A stretch of DNA of 64,000 bases from a virus (taxonomy: Duplodnaviria > Caudoviricetes), in IMG/VR virus record IMGVR_UViG_3300038441_000626, positions 1,428 to 65,427 of that record; one strand, 5' to 3'. The translations under genes were made by a program, and so were the position numbers. Below the pieces are notes generated by a model. It made no database searches. It saw only the letters and a list, made by a program, of their open reading frames with translations, and was not told the origin of the DNA. Positions 47,644-57,049 of this stretch are shown piece after piece (positions within the stretch are counted from its first letter, which is position 1; each line of letters opens with the position of its first letter).

Positions 47644-48848
47644 AACGAGTCTTTGAAGTCGATGCCCAGCTAGAGGTGCACGGCCTCGGTGTCCGTACGG
47701 CTGAGGAGATATGGGAGGTACCCGTGCACCTATCGCTGGCCAAGGACTGGCCAGTGTTGTCGTACAGACCCGCATTGATCTACGGTAACCCTAGGTGCAC
47801 GGGCTTCAGTTGTGTCACGGCGGGCTATAGCGAACACGGGCACGGACCTCGAGCACGACAGTGCCAAGACATCAATGACCTCATGTCTTATTCGTTAGGT
47901 CACGCCGACGTGGTGTGCTGGGAGTCCGTGCAGCAGGCCTACACAGTTGGTAAACCGTTGCTCGATGAGTGGACTGAGGTGGCTAAGGGTCTCGGGTACC
48001 GTGTCGCCCACGTGTTTGTGAACGCGATGACCTTCGGTAACTGTCAGAACAGACGACGGTACTTCTACGTAGCCTATCCTGCGGACAAACAGTTCAACGT
48101 CACGGTGCCCGACGTGTCGCCCTTCTACAATACGCTGTATGACGTGATCTGGAAAGACCGTAATCGTGAGACCTATCCGGTGCACAAGAAGGACTTCAAG
48201 CTAGGTAACTGCGACCGTGACGGTTATCTCGATTTGGGTGAGGAGCACCGGCACTACATGGATAAGCTACCCACGGGCTGGTGCGCCAACACTATGGGTG
48301 CATTCGCCTCTAACGAGTTGCCGGATTCGATGCGTGATATATGGCGGTTCCGAACGAGCGACATGCCGTTCAGCATGCACTCACCGTTCCGCACGGCGTG
48401 GATGCGTCCGTGCCCGACGCTTAAATCTACTAGCTCAACGCTCATTCACCCGTGGCATCACCGACCATTGACTGTTGGGGAGCTATCTGATATAATGGGC
48501 TGGGACGGGATAGTTCCCGTAGGACCAGTACCGATTTATCAGATAGCGAAAGGCATAGCTCCTATCGTAGGGGAATGGATCGCTAACCAAGTCGATGCTT
48601 GTTTAAGCGACCAATGGAACGGTGAGGAGTGGAGTACGAGGTTCAATATGTACACGGGCCAGTTCGAAGGCGAAGACTCTACGGGCCAACTAGAAAAGGT
48701 CATCGACATCACTGAGTACTACGGGCACCAGTTCGACATAGAACGCTACCCCGTAGAAGCACGCGAGCAGTTCCATGGCTATCGAGTGGACCCAGAGACC
48801 GGCAAGCTCATCAAATCCTGGAAGAAAAGACATGCGACCGTATACTAG
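47571..48848 (+). CDS. Divergent DNA cytosine-C5 methyltransferase
   Basis: HVFAGGF (I), GNPRCTGFS (IV), WESV (VI), QNRRRYF (VIII), RPLTVGEL and QIAKGI (IX/X). Confidence 0.8.
   Translation: MDGVLEKRRALGVHVFAGGFTAGVKRVFEVDAQLEVHGLGVRTAEEIWEVPVHLSLAKDWPVLSYRPALIYGNPRCTGFSCVTAGYSEHGHGPRARQCQDINDLMSYSLGHADVVCWESVQQAYTVGKPLLDEWTEVAKGLGYRVAHVFVNAMTFGNCQNRRRYFYVAYPADKQFNVTVPDVSPFYNTLYDVIWKDRNRETYPVHKKDFKLGNCDRDGYLDLGEEHRHYMDKLPTGWCANTMGAFASNELPDSMRDIWRFRTSDMPFSMHSPFRTAWMRPCPTLKSTSSTLIHPWHHRPLTVGELSDIMGWDGIVPVGPVPIYQIAKGIAPIVGEWIANQVDACLSDQWNGEEWSTRFNMYTGQFEGEDSTGQLEKVIDITEYYGHQFDIERYPVEAREQFHGYRVDPETGKLIKSWKKRHATVY
48468..48496 (+). promoter_or_regulatory. Internal sigma70-type promoter inside the MTase gene
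   Basis: TTGACT-17-TATAAT with TGn. Confidence 0.65.
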
Positions 48849-49785
48849 CATCGACTGGATGTGGCTTGAGCTGATTAAAGACCTGCTGAACGCGCCGTCC
48901 GGCCCGTCCCGTGATGGTGCTATGAGGGGCGAGATCCTCGGGTGGTCAGGTCAGTTGAGTGCTCAAGGGCAACGAACATTCCTAACCAATCCGGAGCGTG
49001 GCCTTAGCCCAAGCTACGCGGCTGCCGAGACGCTGTGGTATATGTCGGGTCAAAAGAAGTCAGAGATGCTTGAACGATATGCACCGAGCTACAAGAAATT
49101 CGCGCCCGATGGTCAGGCACACGGTGCGTACGGTCCGCGAGTAATGACCCAGCTCAAGTACATAATCAATACGCTCAGACGACAACCACACTCACGGCAG
49201 GCTGTGGTGAATATCTGGACGCCGGAGGACCTGCGACTCGCGACGCTTGAGAATACGGTGCCCGATCTGCCGTGTACGATCGCGTGGCAGTTCCTAGTTC
49301 GTAACGGCACCTTACATATGAGCGTCGCCATGCGAAGCAACGACGCATGGAAGGGCTTCCCGTATGACGTGTTCGCGTTCACGTGTTTTCAGCGAGTGAT
49401 CGCCCACGAGCTTGGTATCCGTGTCGGGCCATACCAGCACCACGTCATCGGTTCCATGCACCTTTACGAGCGGGACGCCAAGCGGGCCCAGCGGGCCTCT
49501 GAGTGTCCAATAATGATGCCATTTTGTGGGCACACGTGGCTCGACGACACAGGTTTAATAGATTGTTTTCAGGCGATCAAACTGGAGCGAAGCATCCGTG
49601 AGGGTCATCACATCACGGAGAGCGATACTAATAGTCTCGGAAGCATGACGCGCGACTTGCTAGCCGCGTGCGCCATGAAACTTGATCTGGAATGGCTAGC
49701 GTATCTTCAACCAAGGAGCCCATTATGGCAAAGAAACCGGGAAAAGATAAACTTTCCTACCTCCTCATCCGAGACGGAGACCTGA
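48832..49785 (+). CDS. Thymidylate synthase homologue, probable dCMP (hydroxy)methylase
   Basis: GAYGPR, SRQAV, DLPC, MRSND..GFPYD (Asp at the specificity position), GSMHLYE. Confidence 0.85.
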   Translation: MRPYTSIDWMWLELIKDLLNAPSGPSRDGAMRGEILGWSGQLSAQGQRTFLTNPERGLSPSYAAAETLWYMSGQKKSEMLERYAPSYKKFAPDGQAHGAYGPRVMTQLKYIINTLRRQPHSRQAVVNIWTPEDLRLATLENTVPDLPCTIAWQFLVRNGTLHMSVAMRSNDAWKGFPYDVFAFTCFQRVIAHELGIRVGPYQHHVIGSMHLYERDAKRAQRASECPIMMPFCGHTWLDDTGLIDCFQAIKLERSIREGHHITESDTNSLGSMTRDLLAACAMKLDLEWLAYLQPRSPLWQRNREKINFPTSSSETET

Positions 49786-49949
49786 CCCAGACCGACAAAT
49801 TCACCGACGAGCTGCTGCAGGGCGCCCTCGACGGCGACTACGAACTCGTCGCCGTGCTGGCATCGGGCAAGCTCCAGAAGCTCGACACCATCGAGGATCC
49901 GCCCAAGTGGGAGGACGTCGAGGAAGAGGACATCGAGGAGGACGACTAG
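49725..49949 (+). CDS. Small acidic hypothetical protein
   Basis: AAGGAG RBS before ATG 49725. Confidence 0.6.
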   Translation: MAKKPGKDKLSYLLIRDGDLTQTDKFTDELLQGALDGDYELVAVLASGKLQKLDTIEDPPKWEDVEEEDIEEDD

Positions 49950-50521
49950 TGCTCATCATCGAAGGCGCCGATCTAGTCGGTAAGTCCACGCTGCAACGAC
50001 GGTGCATCCAGTTACTTAACGCCACCACGGACATAGGCGCTGGTCACATGCCGATGCACCTCACTAGACCGCCTCCCGGGTTCAATTACTATCAGAGCTA
50101 TCTAGACCTGATAGCACGGGACACGGTGTGGGATCGGTTCCATCTGTCGGTGCTAGCGTACCGACAACACGACGACCTGCCATGCTCGATGACCCCACTG
50201 AAGTACAGTCTTGTCGATGCGGCGATCAGGCAGGTCGGTGGGTTCATCGTGCTGGTTGTCGAGTCCGATGATGTGATCCGCAGGAGATTCGTCGAGCGTG
50301 GTGATCCGATGTACTCACTCGAGCACATCCTGAAGGTGAACCGGTCATTCAAGGAGATGCTTGACGACAAGAACGTCCTGGTGCGTGGGGAGAACTATAG
50401 ACCCGATCTTGACATGATCATGTATCCCGACGGTGGGGACATCACTGCACGGCGGGCCGAGAATGTTGTGGGGCTTTACCTCGACCGTCAGCGGGAGTTG
50501 AGGAAACTTATGTTAAGATAG
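49949..50521 (+). CDS. dNMP (thymidylate-like) kinase
   Basis: IIEGADLVGKST P-loop, WDRFHLS. Confidence 0.85.
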   Translation: MLIIEGADLVGKSTLQRRCIQLLNATTDIGAGHMPMHLTRPPPGFNYYQSYLDLIARDTVWDRFHLSVLAYRQHDDLPCSMTPLKYSLVDAAIRQVGGFIVLVVESDDVIRRRFVERGDPMYSLEHILKVNRSFKEMLDDKNVLVRGENYRPDLDMIMYPDGGDITARRAENVVGLYLDRQRELRKLMLR

Positions 50522-50560
50522 ATAAGATAGGAGTCAAACGCTCTAGAATGTGGCACTTCT

Positions 50561-50603
50561 GGGTCTGATCGGAATATCTAATTCCGGTCAGACCCTAGTT
50601 TAT
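50561..50603 (+). terminator. 15-bp hairpin
   Basis: GGGTCTGATCGGAAT / ATTCCGGTCAGACCC then TAGTTTAT. Confidence 0.6.
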
Positions 50604-50636
50604 ATGTAAACCTAGTCAACGTGGGTTGATGATAAG

Positions 50637-53339
50637 ATGATCCAATTCGACTCCGGCGGGCTGTTATTACAGGATTCATCTGAGTTACCTACGGTTCCAG
50701 AGCACATACCTGTTCTGTACGCAGACTTCGAGACCTCGTCGGGTGACCCAAGCCTAAGTGCAACTAACCCGTGGCACGACTGCAGTGCCATCGGTGCAGC
50801 GGTCGCCTTCGGCTACCAGAGCCCTATCTGGTTCATACCTAAAGAACTACTGGTCACGGGCTGGTGGCGAGATGTGCTACGGGCTACGGAGGTCTGGGCA
50901 AATCATTCAATCAAGTACGATGCTCACGTATCGGGTAACGACGTGAGCAACTCGCCTACGTGCAGGCTACGGTGCACGCTTACGGGCGCTAAGCTACTGG
51001 ACTCCGATCGTATCTTCAAGGGTGGCTACGGGCTCGACGTGCTTAGTAAGGAGTGGCTCGGCACGGACATCTTTAGATACGAGTGGGCGATGACCCCGTA
51101 CCTAGCAAGTGCACGCAACAAGGACTACGGGCGGGTGCCCATCGAGATACTGGCCGAGTACGCCTGCATGGATGTGGACACGAACAGGCGACTAGACCAG
51201 TACATCGAGAACCGCATGCCCGAAGAGTCCAAGGATGTCTGGAACACCGAGCAGAAGTTCACGTCGCTCTTATTAAAAATGGAGCGACGAGGTGTCCGTG
51301 TAGATCCCCAACAGGTGAAGCTCAAGCAACTGGAGGTGCTCAAGAATCTAATCATCCTCGACGCTGAGCTAGACCATCTAGTCGGTCGGGCCTTCTCGCC
51401 GAGTTCCAGCAACGACTGCTTCGATGTACTGTGCAATCAGTACGGGCTACCTGTCCTCGAGTGGACCGACGAGACCAAGAACAAGACGGGCGTGAGTAAC
51501 CCGTCATTCAGTGCTGAGGTCCTCGAGCAGTACCTCGTGCATCCGGATGCACCAGTTGAGGTCATCAAGAAGATGATCGACTATAGGTCCCTCAAGACCT
51601 TCAACGGTCTGTTCCTTGAGGCGTGGCAGGACATCCAGAAGAACGGCGTCATGCACCCGAACTACAATCAGATGGTGCGTACGGGCCGCTTGTCGTGTAG
51701 CGAGCCCAACATGCAGCAGCTGGATATGTTCGCCAAGGAGCTCATCATACCGCCGCCGGGCTACGGTATCGTGGTGTCGGATGCGTGCGTTACGGAGGAC
51801 ACACTGGTGATTACACCGTACGGCGAGAAGCCGATGGGTGACGTGGTCCTTCACAAGCTACCCGTGTTGGGCTACGACCAGGAGGCTCCGCCGGATCAGC
51901 GGCTTAAGTTCTGTAACATATCGGAGGCCGCGTACATCAGACATGACCAGGTGTATCGGGTGAACCTGGAGAACGGTCAGTCGATCAAGTGTACCGCCGA
52001 CCACGGATTCATCAGACTAGACGGTACACGAGTCGACTGCAAGGATCTGGTGCCCGGTGACAGGCTTAAGCACATCAACAGCAACTATAACTACGGTTAT
52101 CCGCAGTGGCGAGTGGATGACACGTGCGCTCGGAAGCACATTACTGCAGGACTTTGGAGGTACGGTGGACGCGCTGACGGACACCAGTTTCACCACATCG
52201 ACGAGGACAAAGAGAACTGGCACGCCGATAACATAGAGCAAAAGTACGAGTCACACCACAAGAGTGACCACGCGAAGGCTAACTACGAAGCACAAGATCA
52301 TGGGCCTAGGATCGAGGCTCTTCGTGAGGCGCTAATCAATCGGCGCTCGTACAATGGCGAGGAGAATCCGAACTGGCGTGGCGGCAAGATAGATTGTTAT
52401 TGTGAAGTCTGTGGAGAATACCTCGGTGAACGATTCCCAAGTCAGGCTAAACTGCGGTGCAGGATACACATTCGAAGCCGTTGGGATAACGAGAACCACA
52501 AGGTAGTGTCAGTTGAGCCGTTGGGCATCGAACGAGTGTACTCGCTCACTAACCCAACGACGCACAACTATGTAACGGCAGATGGGCTAGTTAATCTCAA
52601 TTCGCAGATCGAGTTCAGGATCATCGTGCACTACATTGGGAACCGTAGGTGCATCGATGCGTACAACGCGGACCCATGGACAGACTTCCATCAGTGGATG
52701 GCTGACATGGCGGGTATGGCTAGACGACCAGCCAAGACGATGAACTTCATGATGGGCTACGGTGGCGGCAAGAAGAAGACCGTGAGCACCATGGCTATGA
52801 ACAAGGACGTAGTCGGTGACATCATCGAGCGGGTGAAAGCCGCAGTCGAAGATCCTACGGAGCGGCAGGCTGCTATTAAAAGGATGTGTGAGCAACGTGG
52901 CTTGGAGGTCTATACCGGGTACCACGCCGCATTACCGGAGCTAAAGCCAACCCAACGGATGGCATCGGGTACAGCTGTGAACCGTGGCTATGTGAGGAAC
53001 TGGTACGGGCGGCGCAGGCACCTAGATGCAAGGTTCGCCCATAAAGCATTCAATAGCCTGTGCCAGTCTACGGCTGGGGACATCTGCAAGGAGCGCATGG
53101 TGGCCTTGGATGCAGAGATCCCTGAGTTCGAGATCAACACTCAGGTGCACGATGAGGTAGTCGGGTACGCTCCGCTGGAGGTCCTTAGAGACCCCGATGA
53201 GCGCCTGCTCCGTCGCATAGTGAATGTACTGTGCGACGTTGAGCGACCCTTGACCGTGCCCGTCCGATGGACTATCGGGTGGAGCGAAGCCCACTGGGCT
53301 GACGCCAAGAGCGAAGAGCACGAACGCAAGTTCGCGTAA
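50637..53339 (+). CDS. polA: Family A DNA polymerase with 3'-5' exonuclease, interrupted by an intein
   Basis: DFETS, HSIKYD, YACMD; RTGRLSCSEPNMQQL; SDA/SQIEFR; AKTMNFMMGYG; QVHDEV. Confidence 0.95.
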   Translation: MIQFDSGGLLLQDSSELPTVPEHIPVLYADFETSSGDPSLSATNPWHDCSAIGAAVAFGYQSPIWFIPKELLVTGWWRDVLRATEVWANHSIKYDAHVSGNDVSNSPTCRLRCTLTGAKLLDSDRIFKGGYGLDVLSKEWLGTDIFRYEWAMTPYLASARNKDYGRVPIEILAEYACMDVDTNRRLDQYIENRMPEESKDVWNTEQKFTSLLLKMERRGVRVDPQQVKLKQLEVLKNLIILDAELDHLVGRAFSPSSSNDCFDVLCNQYGLPVLEWTDETKNKTGVSNPSFSAEVLEQYLVHPDAPVEVIKKMIDYRSLKTFNGLFLEAWQDIQKNGVMHPNYNQMVRTGRLSCSEPNMQQLDMFAKELIIPPPGYGIVVSDACVTEDTLVITPYGEKPMGDVVLHKLPVLGYDQEAPPDQRLKFCNISEAAYIRHDQVYRVNLENGQSIKCTADHGFIRLDGTRVDCKDLVPGDRLKHINSNYNYGYPQWRVDDTCARKHITAGLWRYGGRADGHQFHHIDEDKENWHADNIEQKYESHHKSDHAKANYEAQDHGPRIEALREALINRRSYNGEENPNWRGGKIDCYCEVCGEYLGERFPSQAKLRCRIHIRSRWDNENHKVVSVEPLGIERVYSLTNPTTHNYVTADGLVNLNSQIEFRIIVHYIGNRRCIDAYNADPWTDFHQWMADMAGMARRPAKTMNFMMGYGGGKKKTVSTMAMNKDVVGDIIERVKAAVEDPTERQAAIKRMCEQRGLEVYTGYHAALPELKPTQRMASGTAVNRGYVRNWYGRRRHLDARFAHKAFNSLCQSTAGDICKERMVALDAEIPEFEINTQVHDEVVGYAPLEVLRDPDERLLRRIVNVLCDVERPLTVPVRWTIGWSEAHWADAKSEEHERKFA
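51786..52601 (+). mobile_element. Intein (272 aa) with HNH homing endonuclease
   Basis: Starts CVTEDTLV; block B CTADH; HHIDEDKENW HNH; ends THNYVTADGLVNLN before Ser of SQIEFR. Confidence 0.9.
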
Positions 53340-53520
53340 GGCCAAAAATGGCCCAGTGCTCCTCGATGTACTCAAAATTTTTATAGTGAAAATTTGTCCA
53401 CTATATATCGAAATCCGATATAATGAACAAATGAATACTATCTAAATCATGCTCAGAGCATGACTTACCGCAAATTGATTTTGTTTGAATGAATTTGATA
53501 TAATACATTTGGATTTTCAT
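53340..53520 (+). promoter_or_regulatory. AT-rich control region with tandem promoters and palindromes
   Basis: TATAAT at 53419 and 53499 (latter TTGATT-18-TATAAT, TGn); palindrome TCATGCTC-A-GAGCATGA at 53447-53463. Confidence 0.75.
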
Positions 53521-53590
53521 GACGTGGCCAGTATCGGCCCACGGATGCGGATCCACCGGCCAGGCGGTACCCTGGTGTAGGAGTGAAGTC

Positions 53591-54061
53591 ATGCGTAACG
53601 GTACGAGCAAGGTTGCGGCGACCCAGACCCCGGCCATCGACTACGCCGCGCTCGGCGCTGCGATGGTGGCCGCGTTGCAGACCGCGGCGGCCCAACAGGC
53701 CGCGGCGACTGCGCCGGTCGCGGTGACCCCAGCGCCCACCGTCGTGGTGGACGCGAAGGGTCGCCTGATGGGGGTCCCCGTGCAGGCCCTCCGCGAGGCC
53801 AAGGCGCAAGCCAGGGCCGAGCGCAAGGCCGAGAAGGCTGCCCATCTCGCCGGTGTGGCGAGCCAGCCCAGCCGGGCTGCGTTCCTGGGTAGCGCCCAGC
53901 CGATCGCGTTCAACGTGCCCGGCCTCGGGCCGTGCACGCTGGAGCCCTGCCCGTTCTCCACGGGCTCGGTTGGGTGGCGCTTGAACGGGAAGGCCGTGGT
54001 CCAGGGCTGCCCGGTGACCGTCAGCTTCCAGCTGATCGTCGACGGCAGCAAGCGCTGGTAG
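53591..54061 (+). CDS. Ala-rich protein with C-terminal FSTGSxGW domain
   Basis: AGGAG RBS; FSTGSVGWRLNGK...LIVDGSK. Confidence 0.7.
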   Translation: MRNGTSKVAATQTPAIDYAALGAAMVAALQTAAAQQAAATAPVAVTPAPTVVVDAKGRLMGVPVQALREAKAQARAERKAEKAAHLAGVASQPSRAAFLGSAQPIAFNVPGLGPCTLEPCPFSTGSVGWRLNGKAVVQGCPVTVSFQLIVDGSKRW

Positions 54062-54560
54062 GACGACGCGGTAGGGCGCGGTAGGCCCTGACCTGTGGCC
54101 GTACGGGGTGACAGCCCGTACGGCCCATGGCCTGTGCCTCCCTATCCCCTCAGCAGGGTGGGATGAGCCAGTCATAGCTCTTTGGCATTCTCCGGCGTAG
54201 CCCCTCGTGGAGAGGGCGGTAGGTCCTGCAGCGACTACAGCGTCGCGCCTGACCCGGCGTCAGCGTTTCGGCCCCAGCGGCCTGGGACCCATCTCGCCGC
54301 CTGTACTCCACGAGCCCCACGGCGCCCTAGCGAGGCGTAGATCGGTACCTGGCCCGACGTGGTAGCAGCGAAGTCCTGACCTTGACTCACGCCATTGTAG
54401 CGAGTATAATGGCGCGAGGTGTGACAGGGACGACATGAGCCTGAGGGATGTAGTGGTCGGTGGTATGTCCCACCCTCCTAGGCCAATAGGATGGCTACAC
54501 CCGACGGCCCGTGCCGACTAACGGCACAGGCGGAAGTAGGCCCGCCGACTTGGGCCTTAC
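54062..54560 (+). ncRNA. Putative large structured non-coding RNA
   Basis: About 500 nt without a convincing gene; at least ten nested stems including long-range 54204-54212/54306-54314. Strand is inferred. Confidence 0.5.
54382..54410 (+). promoter_or_regulatory. Sigma70-type promoter with -10 inside an inverted repeat
   Basis: TTGACT-17-TATAAT; CGCCATT/AATGGCG arms. Confidence 0.65.
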
Positions 54561-54577
54561 TGATGGAGACCCGTGCT

Positions 54578-54775
54578 ATGATGGACTACTGCGAGGAATA
54601 CTTCGCTCAGCCGCCCGACAAGGACGCTGAGCCCGTCGCGTCTCGACGGAGAAGGGTCAAGCCGCCCAGCCAGGAGCCCACCGCCGTCGATGAAGACGCG
54701 GTGGTGCAGATCGTGCCCGGCATGTTGAAGGCGTTGGCCCGACACACTACTCGTAACCTGAAAGGAGATGAGTGA
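54578..54775 (+). CDS. Hypothetical protein
   Basis: GGAG before ATG; overlaps next start. Confidence 0.5.
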   Translation: MMDYCEEYFAQPPDKDAEPVASRRRRVKPPSQEPTAVDEDAVVQIVPGMLKALARHTTRNLKGDE

Positions 54776-55257
54776 TGACTGTTACAATCCGCAAGACCGC
54801 GTTCGCTTTTGCTACGGAGAAGGACGCCGAGTGGTTCTTCGAGGCGGTGGTCGACTATGTCGCGGACCACTACCCGCCGGACACGTACTATGGTGCCGAC
54901 CCGCCGGTGATCGAGCGTAGTCAGTACGTCGTGAGGGCCAACGTGGCCAAGCGACACTCGCTGGAGCTCCGGCAGCTGTCGACGAAGTACGACCCCATTC
55001 CGTTGAACGGTCCGCTAGACGACAGGGAGATGATGTACCGGGCGCCGACCGTTGGTTGTGCCCAGCTGTTCAAGGACGCCATCAACGAGACGTATCCTGG
55101 GCCTCAAGAGGAGCCGATGACCGCCGTGGTCGATGTCTCCGACGAGGTCTGCGTCGTGCAGTGGCCGGACTACTTGACTCGTCGTGAATGGCGGAATGCG
55201 ATCGACAAGATCGCTGCTGGCTACGGCTGCATGTTCATCAAGTACTACTCGTCGTAA
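54772..55257 (+). CDS. Hypothetical protein
   Basis: AAGGAG RBS; 161 aa. Confidence 0.7.
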   Translation: MMTVTIRKTAFAFATEKDAEWFFEAVVDYVADHYPPDTYYGADPPVIERSQYVVRANVAKRHSLELRQLSTKYDPIPLNGPLDDREMMYRAPTVGCAQLFKDAINETYPGPQEEPMTAVVDVSDEVCVVQWPDYLTRREWRNAIDKIAAGYGCMFIKYYSS

Positions 55258-55326
55258 CGAGGTCCGAGCCTGAGGGGCCGGTACTTGTAGTACCGGTCCC
55301 GATGGCTCCTTATTGGAGGTGAAGCT

Positions 55327-55530
55327 ATGTATAACGTGTCGTGGTTGGACTACTTGGGAAAGGTGCACTCGATTGAGTGCGAGAGTCTCCATACGTCCCT
55401 CGCATTGGCGGCGGCTCTCCGGGTCAGTCCGGAGGCGAAGCATGTCATGCACAAGCCGTCGTATCTCGTCGACAACCTCAACATGTACAAGACGTACCTC
55501 GCAGCCAGAAAGGTGGAGATCAATGCATAA
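55327..55530 (+). CDS. Hypothetical protein
   Basis: GGAGGT RBS. Confidence 0.65.
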   Translation: MYNVSWLDYLGKVHSIECESLHTSLALAAALRVSPEAKHVMHKPSYLVDNLNMYKTYLAARKVEINA

Positions 55531-55804
55531 GACTAGCGAGAACGAGCTGATGAACGACACCGTGGTTGAGCGGCTTCTCAGCCAGTTGCTGCACGCTTGT
55601 GTGCGAGTCTTCTTCGTCGGGACCCGAACGATTGCCGAAGGAGGTATCACCCGGCGTAGGGTGAATGACTATGGTGATGTCGAGTTCCATGCGGTGTCCG
55701 CCGGCTATCGTGAGCCGATCTATCCGTCCATGGTCAAGTCGATCTGTTTCGACTTCGTGGACGGCACCGCAACTGTTACCATGTTAGAAGGGAAGGTGAA
55801 GTAA
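55523..55804 (+). CDS. Hypothetical protein
   Basis: GGAG RBS; coupled to neighbours. Confidence 0.6.
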   Translation: MHKTSENELMNDTVVERLLSQLLHACVRVFFVGTRTIAEGGITRRRVNDYGDVEFHAVSAGYREPIYPSMVKSICFDFVDGTATVTMLEGKVK

Positions 55805-56229
55805 TGTTACTGTACGGAGCTCAGATCACGGACCTCGTCATGGATAAGCCGATCCCAGGATGGTGGGACACTGAGTGGCTTCAGAACACATGGGGACTCA
55901 CTCGCCTTGGAGGTAGCGAGAAGGACCCGGTCTGGATCATCGGCGACAGCCGCCAGCAGCTGAAGACGTTCCTGAAGGAGCACGAGCTGGACTACCCGGT
56001 CCACGAGCTCAGCAACGATGCGTCACAGCTGGACATCGCCGTGAAGAAGGAGAGCGTCGACGGCTACAGGCTGGACGTGGAAGGTCCCGACGGGATGGCT
56101 GTCGAGTCTATCTCGGCCAAGGAGGTGGTCGAGCACGTGCTGTCCTATATGGGCGGCAGCGAGATGGTCATGGAAGGCACTGAGTACGTGTTTCGTATCC
56201 GTTGTCTCTACAAGAAGGAAGGTGCATGA
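55804..56229 (+). CDS. Hypothetical protein
   Basis: TAATG coupling. Confidence 0.7.
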   Translation: MLLYGAQITDLVMDKPIPGWWDTEWLQNTWGLTRLGGSEKDPVWIIGDSRQQLKTFLKEHELDYPVHELSNDASQLDIAVKKESVDGYRLDVEGPDGMAVESISAKEVVEHVLSYMGGSEMVMEGTEYVFRIRCLYKKEGA

Positions 56230-56564
56230 TGGAGCTTATCAGGTTCGTGTTTCATACCACGTTTGCTGATGCCCTCTGTGACTGGCGACAGGACCTGGAG
56301 GGCGGCGAGGAGATGTCCAATGAGGAGGGGATCAGCAAGTACCTCGGGATCCCGTTCGACTTGCTCTCCGAAGAGGAGGGCCACTGGGACTGCTCGTATG
56401 CCACCAAGTGGGCCCAGGCGACGTCGGACGAGTTCGACCTGTACCGCCGGCTGCATACCATGGTGGCGGACATGAAGAAGGCAATGCCCGGTCATCTGCT
56501 GCAGTCCGGCTCGAGCTGGGATAACTATCTGTTTCTCGAACTGAAGGAGGACAAGTCGCTATGA
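56226..56564 (+). CDS. Hypothetical protein
   Basis: ATGA coupling. Confidence 0.65.
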   Translation: MMELIRFVFHTTFADALCDWRQDLEGGEEMSNEEGISKYLGIPFDLLSEEEGHWDCSYATKWAQATSDEFDLYRRLHTMVADMKKAMPGHLLQSGSSWDNYLFLELKEDKSL

Positions 56565-57049
56565 AGAAGGACAAGCTGATTACTGACAAGAACGAAGCGA
56601 CCGACGCCGTGATGTCGTTCGTCAAGTTCAGGATCGCGCCGACGGTGGGCGTAATCTCCATCGTGTTCGTGCCGGTCGACAGTGAGACCGGCAAAGAACT
56701 GGACGAGTTCCAGCGGGCGATTATACAGGAGAGCCGCGCCCCACCGGTAGGCTTGGACGCTGGGCTGAAGATGCAGCTCGGTGTGCCGAAGGGCCTGCCC
56801 GCTGAAGCCGTGGCCTTCCTGCTGCGGCTGTCGTTGGACCACATCAACGGACAGCTGGGTCGCAAGGCGACGAAGGACCCGGCGGCTCTCGACGAGGTGA
56901 CGCCTAACGGCTTCGACCTCTCGGTCGAGGGTGGGCCGGAGTTCAAGGGTATCTCGGCTGTCGAGACTATCGACGCCATGCTGTGTTGCATGGGCGACGC
57001 CGAGATGATTGACTGTGTGTTCCATGTCAAGTCAGGAGGTGCCAAATGA
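56561..57049 (+). CDS. Hypothetical protein
   Basis: GGAGG RBS; ATGA coupling. Confidence 0.7.
   Translation: MKKDKLITDKNEATDAVMSFVKFRIAPTVGVISIVFVPVDSETGKELDEFQRAIIQESRAPPVGLDAGLKMQLGVPKGLPAEAVAFLLRLSLDHINGQLGRKATKDPAALDEVTPNGFDLSVEGGPEFKGISAVETIDAMLCCMGDAEMIDCVFHVKSGGAK

Noticed and set aside
48832-49785. Calling this gene thyA
   Set aside because: Asp replaces the dUMP-selecting Asn, so a dCMP-modifying enzyme is more likely.
53465-54175. 236-aa minus-strand ORF over the control region
   Set aside because: Antisense to the RBS-supported 53591-54061 gene and opposed to the promoters.
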